From a virus (Duplodnaviria > Caudoviricetes), in IMG/VR virus record IMGVR_UViG_3300042010_000129, positions 96,001 through 160,000 of that record: 64,000 nt of DNA; one strand, written 5' to 3'. Shown one piece after another: positions 12,620 to 22,215 of the stretch. Under the pieces are notes generated by a model. The model worked only from the letters and a program-made list of their open reading frames with translations, was not told the origin of the DNA and made no database searches. Every line of letters begins with the position of its first letter. The stretch's first letter is position 1. A program made the position numbers and the translations under genes.

Positions 12620-12641
12620 TACAGGGAATATGTTTCCCTCG

Positions 12642-12671
12642 AAAGGGGGCCTTGTGCCCCCTTTTCTTTTT
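12642..12671 (+). terminator. Intrinsic terminator
   Basis: AAAGGGGGC-CTTGT-GCCCCCTTT-TCTTTTT, followed by GGAG SD. Confidence 0.8.
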
Positions 12672-12683
12672 GGAGAATTTCCT

Positions 12684-13748
12684 ATGTCGCTTTTGCAACA
12701 CGATGGATTTGATAACTACGGCACGACCACACTGAATGGCGTGGGCACCGTGGCAAATATTCAATGGTTGAGTCGCGGTTATGTGCAGCCTACCGCTGCA
12801 TGTTCCTGCTCGACCGCCTACGGTAAAAACAGCGGTTCGCTTGGTATTGGTTTGAGTGGTTCGACCACCGATCAGACTTGGATTAAACGTCCAATTAAAC
12901 CGGAATCTTTTTTCTCGACCGGTGCCGCATACACTCCGACCATTCGCGTCGTAAAAGGTTTTGCCGCACGTTTCGTTATTCAGCCAACGGGCAACCTGCA
13001 ATTTGCACGAATCGCAGGCGTGAACGTTTCGGTTGGTTCCGATTGGTACATTTACGTCGATGGCGTGAACACCAATTACCAAATCGAACTGAACATCTGG
13101 AACTTCGTTGAATTGGTTGTAGATATCGAAAACAACAAATTCGAGTTGTGGATGAGCGAAGTGAAGATCGTCGAAAAAGCGATCACCGGATACACCCTCG
13201 ATTTTTGGGAGATTCGTTCGCAATTCACTAGCGGCGGTAACACCAGCATTTATCTGCACGTTGACGACCATTATTTGCTGGACGGCACTGGCCCGTACAA
13301 CAATGCGCGGATCGGTAAATGCACGACTTTGACCCGTTATCCGACCGCAGATTTTTCTGTACAGATGACGCCACTGTCGGGCACCACGAACTTCCCGCAG
13401 GTTAACCAAGCGACACCGGATAACGATTCCACTTACGTCAGTTCTGCTGTTGCTGGCGCGACGGATTTGTACACCAACGTTTCCGCAATTCCAACAATCG
13501 ACGACGCTGCAATTCGTGCGGTTTCGATTGCCCCGTCTGCGCGTATGCTGGAACCGGATTCGCTGTCGGTTACTGCCGTTATTAACGTGGCCGGAACTGA
13601 GGCTGTTGGCTATCGGATGAAATTGAAAGCTGCGACGTACACCAGTGCTGCGCATATTTTCGAAACCAGTCCTGCAACCTCTTTGCCTTGGACTCCGACG
13701 GAAGCACAGAACGTTCGTTTCGGTCAGCGCATTTTGCCGAAGCCCTGA
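12684..13748 (+). CDS. Putative tail protein, concanavalin/LamG-like N-terminus
   Basis: ATG 12684 with GGAG SD. MSLLQHDGFDNY start. WNFVELVVD...FELW beta-sandwich pattern. Confidence 0.6.
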   Translation: MSLLQHDGFDNYGTTTLNGVGTVANIQWLSRGYVQPTAACSCSTAYGKNSGSLGIGLSGSTTDQTWIKRPIKPESFFSTGAAYTPTIRVVKGFAARFVIQPTGNLQFARIAGVNVSVGSDWYIYVDGVNTNYQIELNIWNFVELVVDIENNKFELWMSEVKIVEKAITGYTLDFWEIRSQFTSGGNTSIYLHVDDHYLLDGTGPYNNARIGKCTTLTRYPTADFSVQMTPLSGTTNFPQVNQATPDNDSTYVSSAVAGATDLYTNVSAIPTIDDAAIRAVSIAPSARMLEPDSLSVTAVINVAGTEAVGYRMKLKAATYTSAAHIFETSPATSLPWTPTEAQNVRFGQRILPKP

Positions 13749-13765
13749 TTAATTAGGGGAAACAT

Positions 13766-15658
13766 ATGGCACTTATTTATGCTGACGATTATCAGCAGTG
13801 GGCAACAGCGGCCAGTACCAACATAAAGGCCGCTGGTTTATATCCGCAATACTTGGGCCAAAACGTTCCGGGCTACCTGAGTGAAATGCAGGGCCTCGGT
13901 ATTTATGTGCCGTCTTATGCGCAAGGGTACGGCGGCGCTAACTCGATTCTGTATTCGCTTTATTTCGATACGCAGCGCGGCGCATTGTGTGCCGTGCAGC
14001 CGCGTTCCCCAGCCGATGGACAATCTGCATCGGCCTCGGGATTGCGTCGAAAATTCGATTACGAAGGTGACACGCTTTATTTCGGAACTACGATTGAATT
14101 CGGCGGCGTCACCAGCCAATTCAATGGCGACTTTCTGATCTTCGGAAGCAGCCCTGATAGCGTGGTGTTCACAGGTTCCGATCAGGTCGGTGCGTATCTT
14201 TACGGTGTGGGAATTGACGCGGATGGTTTTTTCACATTCAACGGCGTTTCCACAACCGTGCCTGCGTATTACAAACCTGCGACCGTGCTGTGCTATATCG
14301 ACTTGGTGTTCACGCCGACGACTATGGAACTCTGGATTAATGACGTGCTGGCCGCGACACAAGCGCGCACCAACATAAAATTGAAAGAGTTCGGATTAAC
14401 TGCCGGGAAATTGGTAAAGACTTCTGGTGTGAATTTCTGTTTGTGGATTCACAGCGTAATTATTGCCGACAACACGCCGGGATTCGGCCAGCGTATCGGG
14501 CGCAAGCGAGCGAAGACTGAACAGATTCAAACCACGCCGACAATTGAATCCTCGTTGATTCCTGCGTCCGGTTATATTCCGCTGTCGATCATCCGCCAGT
14601 TTGCATCGGGGCCAACAAACGAATCCGACGTGAACATGATTGGTAGTTTGGTTTCGCCTTTGCCCTACGTGCGAAATGATTTTGGTGGCACACGGACAGC
14701 CGCAAAGAAACCGTATGCGTCTGCAATGAATATTCAGGTAAAACGTTTATTTCCGGCAGCTGACGGAATGTCGGTTCACCCGTATGTGACAATTGCTGGA
14801 ACCAAAGTTTACGGGGATAAGGTGTTGCCGTCTTCGACGTGGAAAATGTTTCACGTGCCGCTTCCAATTGCAGCTGATCAAAACTTCAACGCCTTCAATT
14901 TCGGTTACGAACACGACTACAAAGAACTAAATAAAGTTTACGCAGTTGATCGACAAAATACCGAAGTGTACGGCCCGGAAAATACCTCCAATTCGCAATG
15001 GTGGAACGCGAACGATCTTATCGCGTTTGACTCTAGCCGACTTGGTGGCACCGGGAACTTCTCGGACTTTACCGGGAAAACAATTGTGGCTGCGTCGGGC
15101 ACGTTGCCGACTGCAAACAATTATCCGTTCAAGGCTAACGAGGCGTTCCAGTATGGGCAGGGCATCGACCTCAACGTTAACGGCGCGCTATTCACGCCGC
15201 TGACAGGCACCACGCTGGCGCAACCACACACCATTGATTTCTGGTTTAAAGAATCGGTGGATAACGCAATTTCCGCACTGCTTGGCATTTACACCAACAC
15301 CACAAACACCGCGTCGTTTATGGAACTGCACACGCACGATACGCAGACGACGAAAATGGCGTTGTGGAACAACAATGCGACTGCGCGGTTTATTTCTGCG
15401 TGGGACACTTTCAAATCCAGCACCACATGGCGGCATTACGCGGTCACGTATGACGGCACAACCGTTTCGATTTATATTGACGGCGTGTTGCTCGGGACAA
15501 TTACGTGGACGATTCTGGCGTTTGCTCCGACCTTTGGTTTGGCGCACCGTGCTTACTGGAGACAGGACACGGCTTCGCGTCTGATCATTGAGCGTTATCG
15601 CGTTCGTTCTGGTGTGGCGTTCGCAGGCAACTTCAATCCGGAAACAATCTACACTTGA
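13766..15658 (+). CDS. Putative tail fibre with C-terminal LamG domain
   Basis: TIDFWFK...HYAVTYDGTTVSIYIDGVL...RYRVRSG LamG signature. N-terminal organisation similar to the preceding gene. Confidence 0.7.
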   Translation: MALIYADDYQQWATAASTNIKAAGLYPQYLGQNVPGYLSEMQGLGIYVPSYAQGYGGANSILYSLYFDTQRGALCAVQPRSPADGQSASASGLRRKFDYEGDTLYFGTTIEFGGVTSQFNGDFLIFGSSPDSVVFTGSDQVGAYLYGVGIDADGFFTFNGVSTTVPAYYKPATVLCYIDLVFTPTTMELWINDVLAATQARTNIKLKEFGLTAGKLVKTSGVNFCLWIHSVIIADNTPGFGQRIGRKRAKTEQIQTTPTIESSLIPASGYIPLSIIRQFASGPTNESDVNMIGSLVSPLPYVRNDFGGTRTAAKKPYASAMNIQVKRLFPAADGMSVHPYVTIAGTKVYGDKVLPSSTWKMFHVPLPIAADQNFNAFNFGYEHDYKELNKVYAVDRQNTEVYGPENTSNSQWWNANDLIAFDSSRLGGTGNFSDFTGKTIVAASGTLPTANNYPFKANEAFQYGQGIDLNVNGALFTPLTGTTLAQPHTIDFWFKESVDNAISALLGIYTNTTNTASFMELHTHDTQTTKMALWNNNATARFISAWDTFKSSTTWRHYAVTYDGTTVSIYIDGVLLGTITWTILAFAPTFGLAHRAYWRQDTASRLIIERYRVRSGVAFAGNFNPETIYT

Positions 15659-15664
15659 TGCACC

Positions 15665-15693
15665 AAAATGCCCTGAGAAATCGGGGCATTTTT
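15665..15693 (+). terminator. Intrinsic terminator
   Basis: AAAATGCCC...GGGCATTTTT, followed by AAGGAG SD. Confidence 0.7.
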
Positions 15694-15706
15694 CTAAGGA
15701 GTGGCT

Positions 15707-17815
15707 ATGAAGTTACTGAATACCATCGTGTTGCCAAATCAATTGGCGGCACAGGGAATTAACCACGTTGCCATTTACCAAAATGGTGCAGTTTCTACCT
15801 ACCTGAAAGACAAAGTAAATTCTAAACTCACGGCTACCGGGCCGACGACCGCTGTGCCAAATGCGCGGGCCGTCCGAATCAGTCCGAGCGGTGAATATAT
15901 CGGTGTGCAAAGCGACACCAAAACCGTGCGCATTCGCAACGGTGTGCAGGAATCTTTCGACAATAACGTGGGCGCTTTCGGCATTGCTGACACGGGCCAC
16001 ATTGTGATGATCGCGCTGGCGTCCGGCGCCGTGCAGGTTATTGATTCGTCGGTAACAAACCTGACTGTAGCCGTAACCGACGACGACCGCGTGGTGTGTG
16101 CGAAAGGCCGCTACATGGTTTACAACCGCGCACGAACCATCACCGCTCAATATTCTGATTTGGTGTTGACGCCTGTAGCCTCCGCAAAAGAAATCGTTTA
16201 CGTGACGCATGATCACAACGGAAAATTCGTTGTGTTTTATTCGGACAATACTTTCAGCTACGACGGCGCAGCGGCTAAAACGTTCAACGCCCCGGCCCAA
16301 GGTTTCCGTGACGTGGGCGACCAGATTCTTTGTACCGATATGAAAAATGATTGGGCGCTAAGTCATTCCAAACCGCTGGCATTTCCTGAACGGGTTCGCC
16401 CGTTTAAATGGACGGCACCCGCAGACCAGAATACCGATTTCGCCAACCTGCTTTTGATGGCGCCGGGTTCCGGTTTTGCTTCAGCCAATTTCGATTTGAA
16501 GAATGGTTTGGCCGTTACAGCTGCTGCCGTAACTTCGGTTACGGATTCACCCTACGGCGCTACCGGGAAGAGTTTAAATTTCAACGGCACCACGTCTGCG
16601 CTGGTTACAAACGACAGTGCGAATATTCAATTGGCAGGTAACGATTTCACAATCGAATTGTTCGTGAAAATCTCTTCGATTGCTGCTGTTGGTGCATCTG
16701 CTATTTTCAACAAAGGTGCAACCGCAAACGTTGATGCATCGGCCTACGCCTTGCTTGCAAACGCTTCGAAAACTTTCACATTTTCCGCATCGTTTAACGG
16801 TTCTGCATATCAGGTCGGCACCACGAATTGGGGATCGTTTGAATTTGACGTGTGGACGCACATTGCAATCACACGGAAAGGAAACGTGTGGCGTTGTTTC
16901 CAGAATGGAAAATTGCAGGCGAAATTTACTGTCGCTGGTTCTCTGTTTGCACACGCCGGGCGTGGTATTCAGCTTGGGCATTTGCGCTCAACAAACTTCG
17001 CAACCGGCCCGCTGGCCTACCAACTGGGCGGCAACATTAACGGATTCCAGATTCTGAATTATGCGAAATATACGCATGATTTTTATCCGGAAACTCTTTC
17101 TACCACACCGGCCCTGCCATCGAATGGTGTACCGGGCGCAGGTTCCCCGATTGTTGGTGATGCAGCATTGGGTTATTACGGCACCGTGACCAGCACCGCG
17201 CTTATTTCTGGCGATGCACTGGCGTCCGCTGTTGGCCTTACTGCTGGCGTTTCGGTCAACACTGATACCGCGTGGTTGAAATTCGCATCGAACGGGAAAA
17301 CTTTGTTCGTTCCGAAATTGCCAATCCGTTCGTTTATCAGCTGGCCCCAACTTTATGCAGCCGGTTTGGTTTACGGTTTGGATTCTGGTATCGGGCTGTC
17401 GCCGTTGCCAACCGGTGCAACTGTGCAGCAAACCAAACGCGTAACAATTAACGGAAACGTTTACAAAGTTCGTTTGCTTACGGGCGGCAATTCCGATCCG
17501 TACCCAAGCGGCGAATTCAACGTTAGCAACCCGCTGAATGCGCTCGAATCCGAATACACGAAATTGGTTCAGCGTTGCTGGGCACAAGATCCAAACGGTG
17601 CGCCATGGGATAACTTCACCATTGAAGAACTGGGTTCCAATAACGGAACGCATTTAACGTGGTGCCAAGAATCGCACCCATACAGCGGCCCGGCCCGTGT
17701 GCATCGGGGCATTTCTGGCCCGGCTGGTTTCGGTGCAACAGACGGCAATTATACAGACGTTAGTGGCTATACATTCATGTGGCGTCCGGTATTGGAATTG
17801 ATTGGGCCAGCCTAA
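15707..17815 (+). CDS. Putative tail fibre: LamG domain plus C-terminal C-type-lectin-like virion domain
   Basis: NDFTIELFVK...WTHIAITRKG...FQNG LamG pattern. C-terminal GYYGTV..ISGDALA..GLTAG..WLKF..ISW..LY.AG.VYG...RVHRG...WRPVLEL. Confidence 0.7.
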   Translation: MKLLNTIVLPNQLAAQGINHVAIYQNGAVSTYLKDKVNSKLTATGPTTAVPNARAVRISPSGEYIGVQSDTKTVRIRNGVQESFDNNVGAFGIADTGHIVMIALASGAVQVIDSSVTNLTVAVTDDDRVVCAKGRYMVYNRARTITAQYSDLVLTPVASAKEIVYVTHDHNGKFVVFYSDNTFSYDGAAAKTFNAPAQGFRDVGDQILCTDMKNDWALSHSKPLAFPERVRPFKWTAPADQNTDFANLLLMAPGSGFASANFDLKNGLAVTAAAVTSVTDSPYGATGKSLNFNGTTSALVTNDSANIQLAGNDFTIELFVKISSIAAVGASAIFNKGATANVDASAYALLANASKTFTFSASFNGSAYQVGTTNWGSFEFDVWTHIAITRKGNVWRCFQNGKLQAKFTVAGSLFAHAGRGIQLGHLRSTNFATGPLAYQLGGNINGFQILNYAKYTHDFYPETLSTTPALPSNGVPGAGSPIVGDAALGYYGTVTSTALISGDALASAVGLTAGVSVNTDTAWLKFASNGKTLFVPKLPIRSFISWPQLYAAGLVYGLDSGIGLSPLPTGATVQQTKRVTINGNVYKVRLLTGGNSDPYPSGEFNVSNPLNALESEYTKLVQRCWAQDPNGAPWDNFTIEELGSNNGTHLTWCQESHPYSGPARVHRGISGPAGFGATDGNYTDVSGYTFMWRPVLELIGPA

Positions 17816-17846
17816 TCATTAAATGGATTTAATTCGAGGGGTTCCA

Positions 17847-18608
17847 ATGCGTTTTATTCTCGCCACCGTAATTTATCTATATAGTTCGATGCTTTGGTGC
17901 CAAGAACTGTACGTGCAATCTCAGACTATCACCGACCTTTACGGCTCAGTTTTTCTCGATAAACGAGACGCAAAAAACGTGATATTTCTGGAGCGGCAAG
18001 CGAAACCTTCCGAGGTCAAACATGCCGTAACGCAATACGCCTTGGTTCACAAGTTCGACAAGATAGTGGTACTCGGACAAAAGCAGGATTTGGAAGGCGA
18101 ATACTTTCCGATCCTGACGCAATTCGAAGTGCCAGCAATCCTAACCGGATCGCCAGTCTATCTGCTGCAAGGGACGGGCCGTCTCGCGCAAGACAGAAAG
18201 AAAATGTTTGAGAGTTTGAAGCCCGAAGAGTTCGAAGTCAAAACTGATTACGACCTACGGAAAGCACTTGTCGCCATCCAGAAAAAGCCGAAAGGTTTTA
18301 TCGTGATCAACGTATTCTCGATGGCGGATTCGTGGGGCGACAAACGCAACTATCAGACAATTGAAGAAACTGTAATTCTGCACAGGACTGGTCACGTTGA
18401 GGTCGGTGTGTGTTACGCCGGATTTAAAACGGCGCTTGCGGTTGGCCCTACAGCCGATCCCATAGACGTAAAAACGGTCTTGGCCTCCGGTAAATCCGGA
18501 AGCTTGTGTGCAAACCTTGACCGTCTGCGTCTACTGGATAGATTGGATCTATATTCGCAGTCGGCAGGGAAATTCTACCGTGTCAATTCTCACGCGTTCG
18601 ACGATTAG
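17847..18608 (+). CDS. Secreted protein, possible periplasmic-binding-protein type 1 (ABC_sub_bind-like) fold
   Basis: Signal peptide MRFILATVIYLYSSMLWC, GAGGGG SD. FEVKTDYDLRKALVAI and LCANLDRLRLL resemble the ABC_sub_bind C-lobe. Confidence 0.4.
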   Translation: MRFILATVIYLYSSMLWCQELYVQSQTITDLYGSVFLDKRDAKNVIFLERQAKPSEVKHAVTQYALVHKFDKIVVLGQKQDLEGEYFPILTQFEVPAILTGSPVYLLQGTGRLAQDRKKMFESLKPEEFEVKTDYDLRKALVAIQKKPKGFIVINVFSMADSWGDKRNYQTIEETVILHRTGHVEVGVCYAGFKTALAVGPTADPIDVKTVLASGKSGSLCANLDRLRLLDRLDLYSQSAGKFYRVNSHAFDD

Positions 18609-18864
18609 CAAAGTAATAATCTTGAGCATCGTGGTCGTAATGGTTTGGTCACTGGCTTCATTCAATTGGAACCGACCAAACAAACCCACGGTGCGAGAGA
18701 GTTACGAATGCATTGTAAAAATATGCAGTGATCTTCCGGGGGCTGGGGACGCTTGCTTGGTGCAAAAACCGAAAATAACTAAAATAATAATCAGCGAATT
18801 TGAAGGCGCTGTGACGGTGCAATTCACCCCAACCACAGATAGGTGCGCCGATGGGAGCGATTGA
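18580..18864 (+). CDS. Small membrane-anchored periplasmic protein with 4 Cys
   Basis: GTG start after GCAGGGA. One hydrophobic segment. C-x3-C...C...C. Confidence 0.5.
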   Translation: MSILTRSTISKVIILSIVVVMVWSLASFNWNRPNKPTVRESYECIVKICSDLPGAGDACLVQKPKITKIIISEFEGAVTVQFTPTTDRCADGSD

Positions 18865-19333
18865 CGTTCTTTACTCCAGTCCGATCCCGGTATCATTGGC
18901 GATTGGATTCAATCTGATATTGCTGGCTGTCGGCTGGTTGTTTGTTCTGCCTTTGCATGAGGAAGTAAAATCCCTTCGTAAGCGGGCTGAAAATTTCGAC
19001 AACAGCTACATTCAGAGTGTTGATGCAATTAAAAAAATGCAGGACGATTTGGACGAAATTCTTGGTGTGGTAAAACACCCGGACACACAGGCCTTAACGT
19101 CTTTGGCAGTTGTTTGCGATGCTTTAATGTCACAGGTAAATGACATTCGCAACAATTTAGGTAAGGAAGACCCGAGGGAACGTGCCGAGCTTTTGAATTT
19201 GCTTGAATCTCTTGAACGTAATTCGGAACGCATTCTGCGCACGGTTTCTGATGTAAGCGATAAACAAAGTCAAGTTACGGGCTTAATGCTCGGATTAGGC
19301 ATGCAGCGCGGCAACCCGCCTCGCGGCGTTTGA
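18851..19333 (+). CDS. Membrane-anchored coiled-coil protein
   Basis: N-terminal TM (LAIGFNLILLAVGWLFVLPL), then helical heptads. Confidence 0.65.
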   Translation: MGAIDVLYSSPIPVSLAIGFNLILLAVGWLFVLPLHEEVKSLRKRAENFDNSYIQSVDAIKKMQDDLDEILGVVKHPDTQALTSLAVVCDALMSQVNDIRNNLGKEDPRERAELLNLLESLERNSERILRTVSDVSDKQSQVTGLMLGLGMQRGNPPRGV

Positions 19334-19340
19334 GGCTCAT

Positions 19341-20132
19341 ATGGCACCTTTCACTCCTAACAATATCCGTTTTCGTTCTGTCGCCGCATACACTCTTGAG
19401 CATTTCTATAGCACGAAAGCCTACATGCTCGACGTGGTGATTAACGAGCAAAACCAATTCAGCGAAGCAGCGAAAGAAACGCTGCTTTTGCTTTTCAATT
19501 CGTACAGCAAGTGGGCCACGGATATCGAACAGATATTCCTGAACCGCCCGACGCTGACACGACAAGAAATTGAAGCGACCTTGGACGCCGAAGCAGAATT
19601 ACAGGCACGCCACCGTCAAATCTTCGAAGAAAATACGCATTTGTTTTTGCCGAAGTTCATCGAGATTTGGTACAGCGTAAACGCCCACACTCGCAAAGCT
19701 TTCCACACGCTCATTCGCAGCGCAGAAGGACAATCGCATCTTGAGGCCTACCCCATTATCATGGCGGCACTCGGATCGAATCTGCAAAACTGCATGTACG
19801 AACTTTACGAAATTGATTGTTTGCTCGGCGGCGATTTTGTTGAAGACCGTTGCAGTACCAACCGTTCGAATAGCAACCGAATGGTGATTTATGTGGACAA
19901 TTTCGCCCTAGATTATTTTTACAAAACGGGCGTGTTTATGTGTGAAGAAAGGATTCGATACTACAATACAATTGCATGTCGTCGATTACCAACCCTCGTA
20001 AAAAATCATTCCACCTGTAACCTCAGTTACTCCGGTGTAATCGAAGGGGACGAACCGCTGGCAACCCTTTTGAAGCGGTGTGCAGAATACGTCGATATTA
20101 TTGATGTAGAGACGCCGCGAAATCCAGCATAA
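19341..20132 (+). CDS. Hypothetical helical protein
   Basis: 263 aa ORF with GAGG SD, in frame-coupled block. Confidence 0.6.
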   Translation: MAPFTPNNIRFRSVAAYTLEHFYSTKAYMLDVVINEQNQFSEAAKETLLLLFNSYSKWATDIEQIFLNRPTLTRQEIEATLDAEAELQARHRQIFEENTHLFLPKFIEIWYSVNAHTRKAFHTLIRSAEGQSHLEAYPIIMAALGSNLQNCMYELYEIDCLLGGDFVEDRCSTNRSNSNRMVIYVDNFALDYFYKTGVFMCEERIRYYNTIACRRLPTLVKNHSTCNLSYSGVIEGDEPLATLLKRCAEYVDIIDVETPRNPA

Positions 20133-20149
20133 GGAAAGAGGATTTTAAA

Positions 20150-21199
20150 ATGGCTGCAAATATCAATGGTAGCTTGCGCGTAGCCGGTCAGGTTCTGAAC
20201 CTGAAACCGGAAAACCTCGCCGCTGACCCAACGGGTGGCGGTCTGGTTGAATCGCGTCTTTGGTACAACACTGTTTCGAAAGCATTCAAGTTTTACAACG
20301 GCACGGGCGTCGTTGATTTGTCTGCTGGCGGTATTTCGCAAGAAGACCTCGAAACCGCCCTTCTGCCGTATGCAGAAACCACCGATGTAAACACTGCAAT
20401 TTCGACCGCCGTTGCCGATTTGGTAAATGGCACCGAAATGCAGAGCGCAATCGACAACGCACTGGCTGGTCTGGATTTCCAAGAAGATATTCTTGGTTTT
20501 GAAACCGATTTTGCTGGCGTTGCCGGTCGTTACATTCTGGTCGATGGCCTGTCTGGCATTACTCCGACCGTGGGTAACGCAAACGATATCGTCGAAGTAA
20601 CCGCAGGCGGTGAAGCCACCGTGCTTGCTTACGACGTTTCGGTTGCTGGCCCCGGCGCTCTGGTTTGGAATCGTGCAGCAGCCAACGGCGGCGCATGGTA
20701 TCGCTGGAACGGCACCAACTGGGCCGTGTTCGGTGGTCTGTCGGGCTTCACCGCTGGCAACGGTTTGGAAGATGTGGAAGGCACCGTTTCGGTTAAAGCT
20801 TCCAACGCTTCTATCGTGGTCGCTGCTGGTGGTATTTCGGTTGGTGATTTGTCGGCCACTTATGTGACCCCGGCTGCGCAAACTACTGCGATTTCCACCG
20901 CGCTTGCGGATTACGCAACCGATACCGAATTGACCGCCGTTGCTGACGACGTGACCGCTTTGGAAACTCAATTGGGCGCCAGTTTCTTTGCGTTCGATTC
21001 GGGAGCCACTTCGGCCACCACTCACACCATCACTCACAACCTGAATTTCCGTTGGCCGATTGTTCAGCTTGTTGATCCGACCACCAATCAGATCATCACC
21101 GCTGACAGTGTGGAATTCACCACTGTGAACGAACTGGTTGTAACCTTGAGCGTGGCCGCGACTCTGCGCGCTTCGATCAGCTGGGTGAAAACTGCGTAA
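20150..21199 (+). CDS. Putative virion fibre/baseplate-associated protein
   Basis: Ala/Gly/Thr-rich. RLWYNT...FKFYNG, AGNGL and THTITHNLN motifs typical of phage fibre proteins. Confidence 0.65.
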   Translation: MAANINGSLRVAGQVLNLKPENLAADPTGGGLVESRLWYNTVSKAFKFYNGTGVVDLSAGGISQEDLETALLPYAETTDVNTAISTAVADLVNGTEMQSAIDNALAGLDFQEDILGFETDFAGVAGRYILVDGLSGITPTVGNANDIVEVTAGGEATVLAYDVSVAGPGALVWNRAAANGGAWYRWNGTNWAVFGGLSGFTAGNGLEDVEGTVSVKASNASIVVAAGGISVGDLSATYVTPAAQTTAISTALADYATDTELTAVADDVTALETQLGASFFAFDSGATSATTHTITHNLNFRWPIVQLVDPTTNQIITADSVEFTTVNELVVTLSVAATLRASISWVKTA

Positions 21200-21220
21200 T
21201 GCAATTGCTGTAAACTGATC

Positions 21221-21250
21221 GGGGGCCATGTGCCCCCTTTCTTTTCTTTT
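21221..21250 (+). terminator. Intrinsic terminator
   Basis: GGGGGC-CATGT-GCCCCC-TTTCTTTTCTTTT; nearly identical to the 12.65 kb terminator. Confidence 0.8.
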
Positions 21251-21269
21251 GTTTCGGGGGAGGTTTTTT

Positions 21270-21440
21270 ATGCTGGTCTGGATTGATGCAAAACCTGTGA
21301 AAAATGAAGCGATGAAACGCAAAATGAAACGCCTGACAAAACGGAAAGTTCTGAACCGTCAAGACACCATCGACGACGAAGGTCTGACTGCTGGTCAGGG
21401 ACGCGGGCCGGAAACTCCATTCAATAAACAGGGACTGTAA
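21270..21440 (+). CDS. Small basic hypothetical protein
   Basis: GGAGG SD, ATG 21270, 56 aa, K/R-rich. Confidence 0.55.
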   Translation: MLVWIDAKPVKNEAMKRKMKRLTKRKVLNRQDTIDDEGLTAGQGRGPETPFNKQGL

Positions 21441-21441
21441 A

Positions 21442-21705
21442 ATGGAAACAATCAAAAAATACGGGGGTTATTTTCTGGCGGGGATCATCTTCGTGCTGTC
21501 GATTGCAGCCGTAGTTTTTCAACGCAAAGAGAAACCACAACCCGAGGCCGACACTTTCAAAGGCGACCGACTGGAAGACAAGGTGCAAGTTGCACCGATT
21601 CAGGAAGCGCACGAACACATAACAGAAGTCCTGAAGCCCGTTCCAAAGACGGAATCCAAGGACATGGCGAGCGCGATTGACGCGTGGAAAAAAGCAGGAG
21701 ATTAG
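21442..21705 (+). CDS. Membrane protein with one N-terminal TM (possible i-spanin or antiholin)
   Basis: Basic N-terminus, TM YFLAGIIFVLSIAAVVF, hydrophilic tail; lies in the lysis cassette. Confidence 0.5.
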   Translation: METIKKYGGYFLAGIIFVLSIAAVVFQRKEKPQPEADTFKGDRLEDKVQVAPIQEAHEHITEVLKPVPKTESKDMASAIDAWKKAGD

Positions 21706-21708
21706 ATC

Positions 21709-22215
21709 GTGGAATTTCTCGTTAAGAGCATCGAAAAGATGATTGAAATTCCGTTGGAAGATGCAGGCGGATTTTTCTTCTGCACACTGGCGGGTGTGAT
21801 TGTTAACTGGATTTGGAAATGCAAACGCGAAGGGATCAAGCTCAGTTCGTACTGGCTTGACGATTTGAAGGGAACCGTTCTGGTTTTTGCTGGCGCATTC
21901 GCAGCATTTCTCACGACCGTGATTCTCGAACCGGGTGTTGGCAAAGCAACCTATTTCGCAATCGGTATTGCTGCTGATTCGATGATTGGTAAACCACCAC
22001 TTCCCCTTGATGTGCGCGTGGCCCTCACGAAAATGAAGGACGCACAAAATGAAATGGCTAATTCTGGCGGCATTATTGTTCCTCCCGGCGTGTTCAAGCC
22101 AGACCCAACTGCCGCCGCAGTCGAACATGCAATTGAAAAAGTTGGACAGAATTACGTTGCAGGCGTCACTACCGGAAAGGCCGACGCCGCTGTCGATCCA
22201 GTCCAACGGAGTTGA
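21709..22215 (+). CDS. Holin-like membrane protein
   Basis: AGGAG SD and GTG start. About 3 hydrophobic segments. Upstream of the endolysin. Confidence 0.5.
   Translation: MEFLVKSIEKMIEIPLEDAGGFFFCTLAGVIVNWIWKCKREGIKLSSYWLDDLKGTVLVFAGAFAAFLTTVILEPGVGKATYFAIGIAADSMIGKPPLPLDVRVALTKMKDAQNEMANSGGIIVPPGVFKPDPTAAAVEHAIEKVGQNYVAGVTTGKADAAVDPVQRS

Noticed and set aside
17690-17815. Active diversity-generating retroelement
   Set aside because: No reverse transcriptase and no adenine-variant template repeat within the window.
19850-20132. Degenerate GGDEF domain (YVDNF...LSYSGV...LLKRCAE)
   Set aside because: Only the two ends resemble GGDEF; the central GG(D/E)EF hairpin and helix are absent and the spacing is too short.
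21208-21441. Plus-strand CTGTAAA partial motifs (about 21208 and 21435) and minus-strand variants at about 41855 and 55513
   Set aside because: They lack the full TAAATA core; two are simply Leu-stop (CTG TAA) gene ends.
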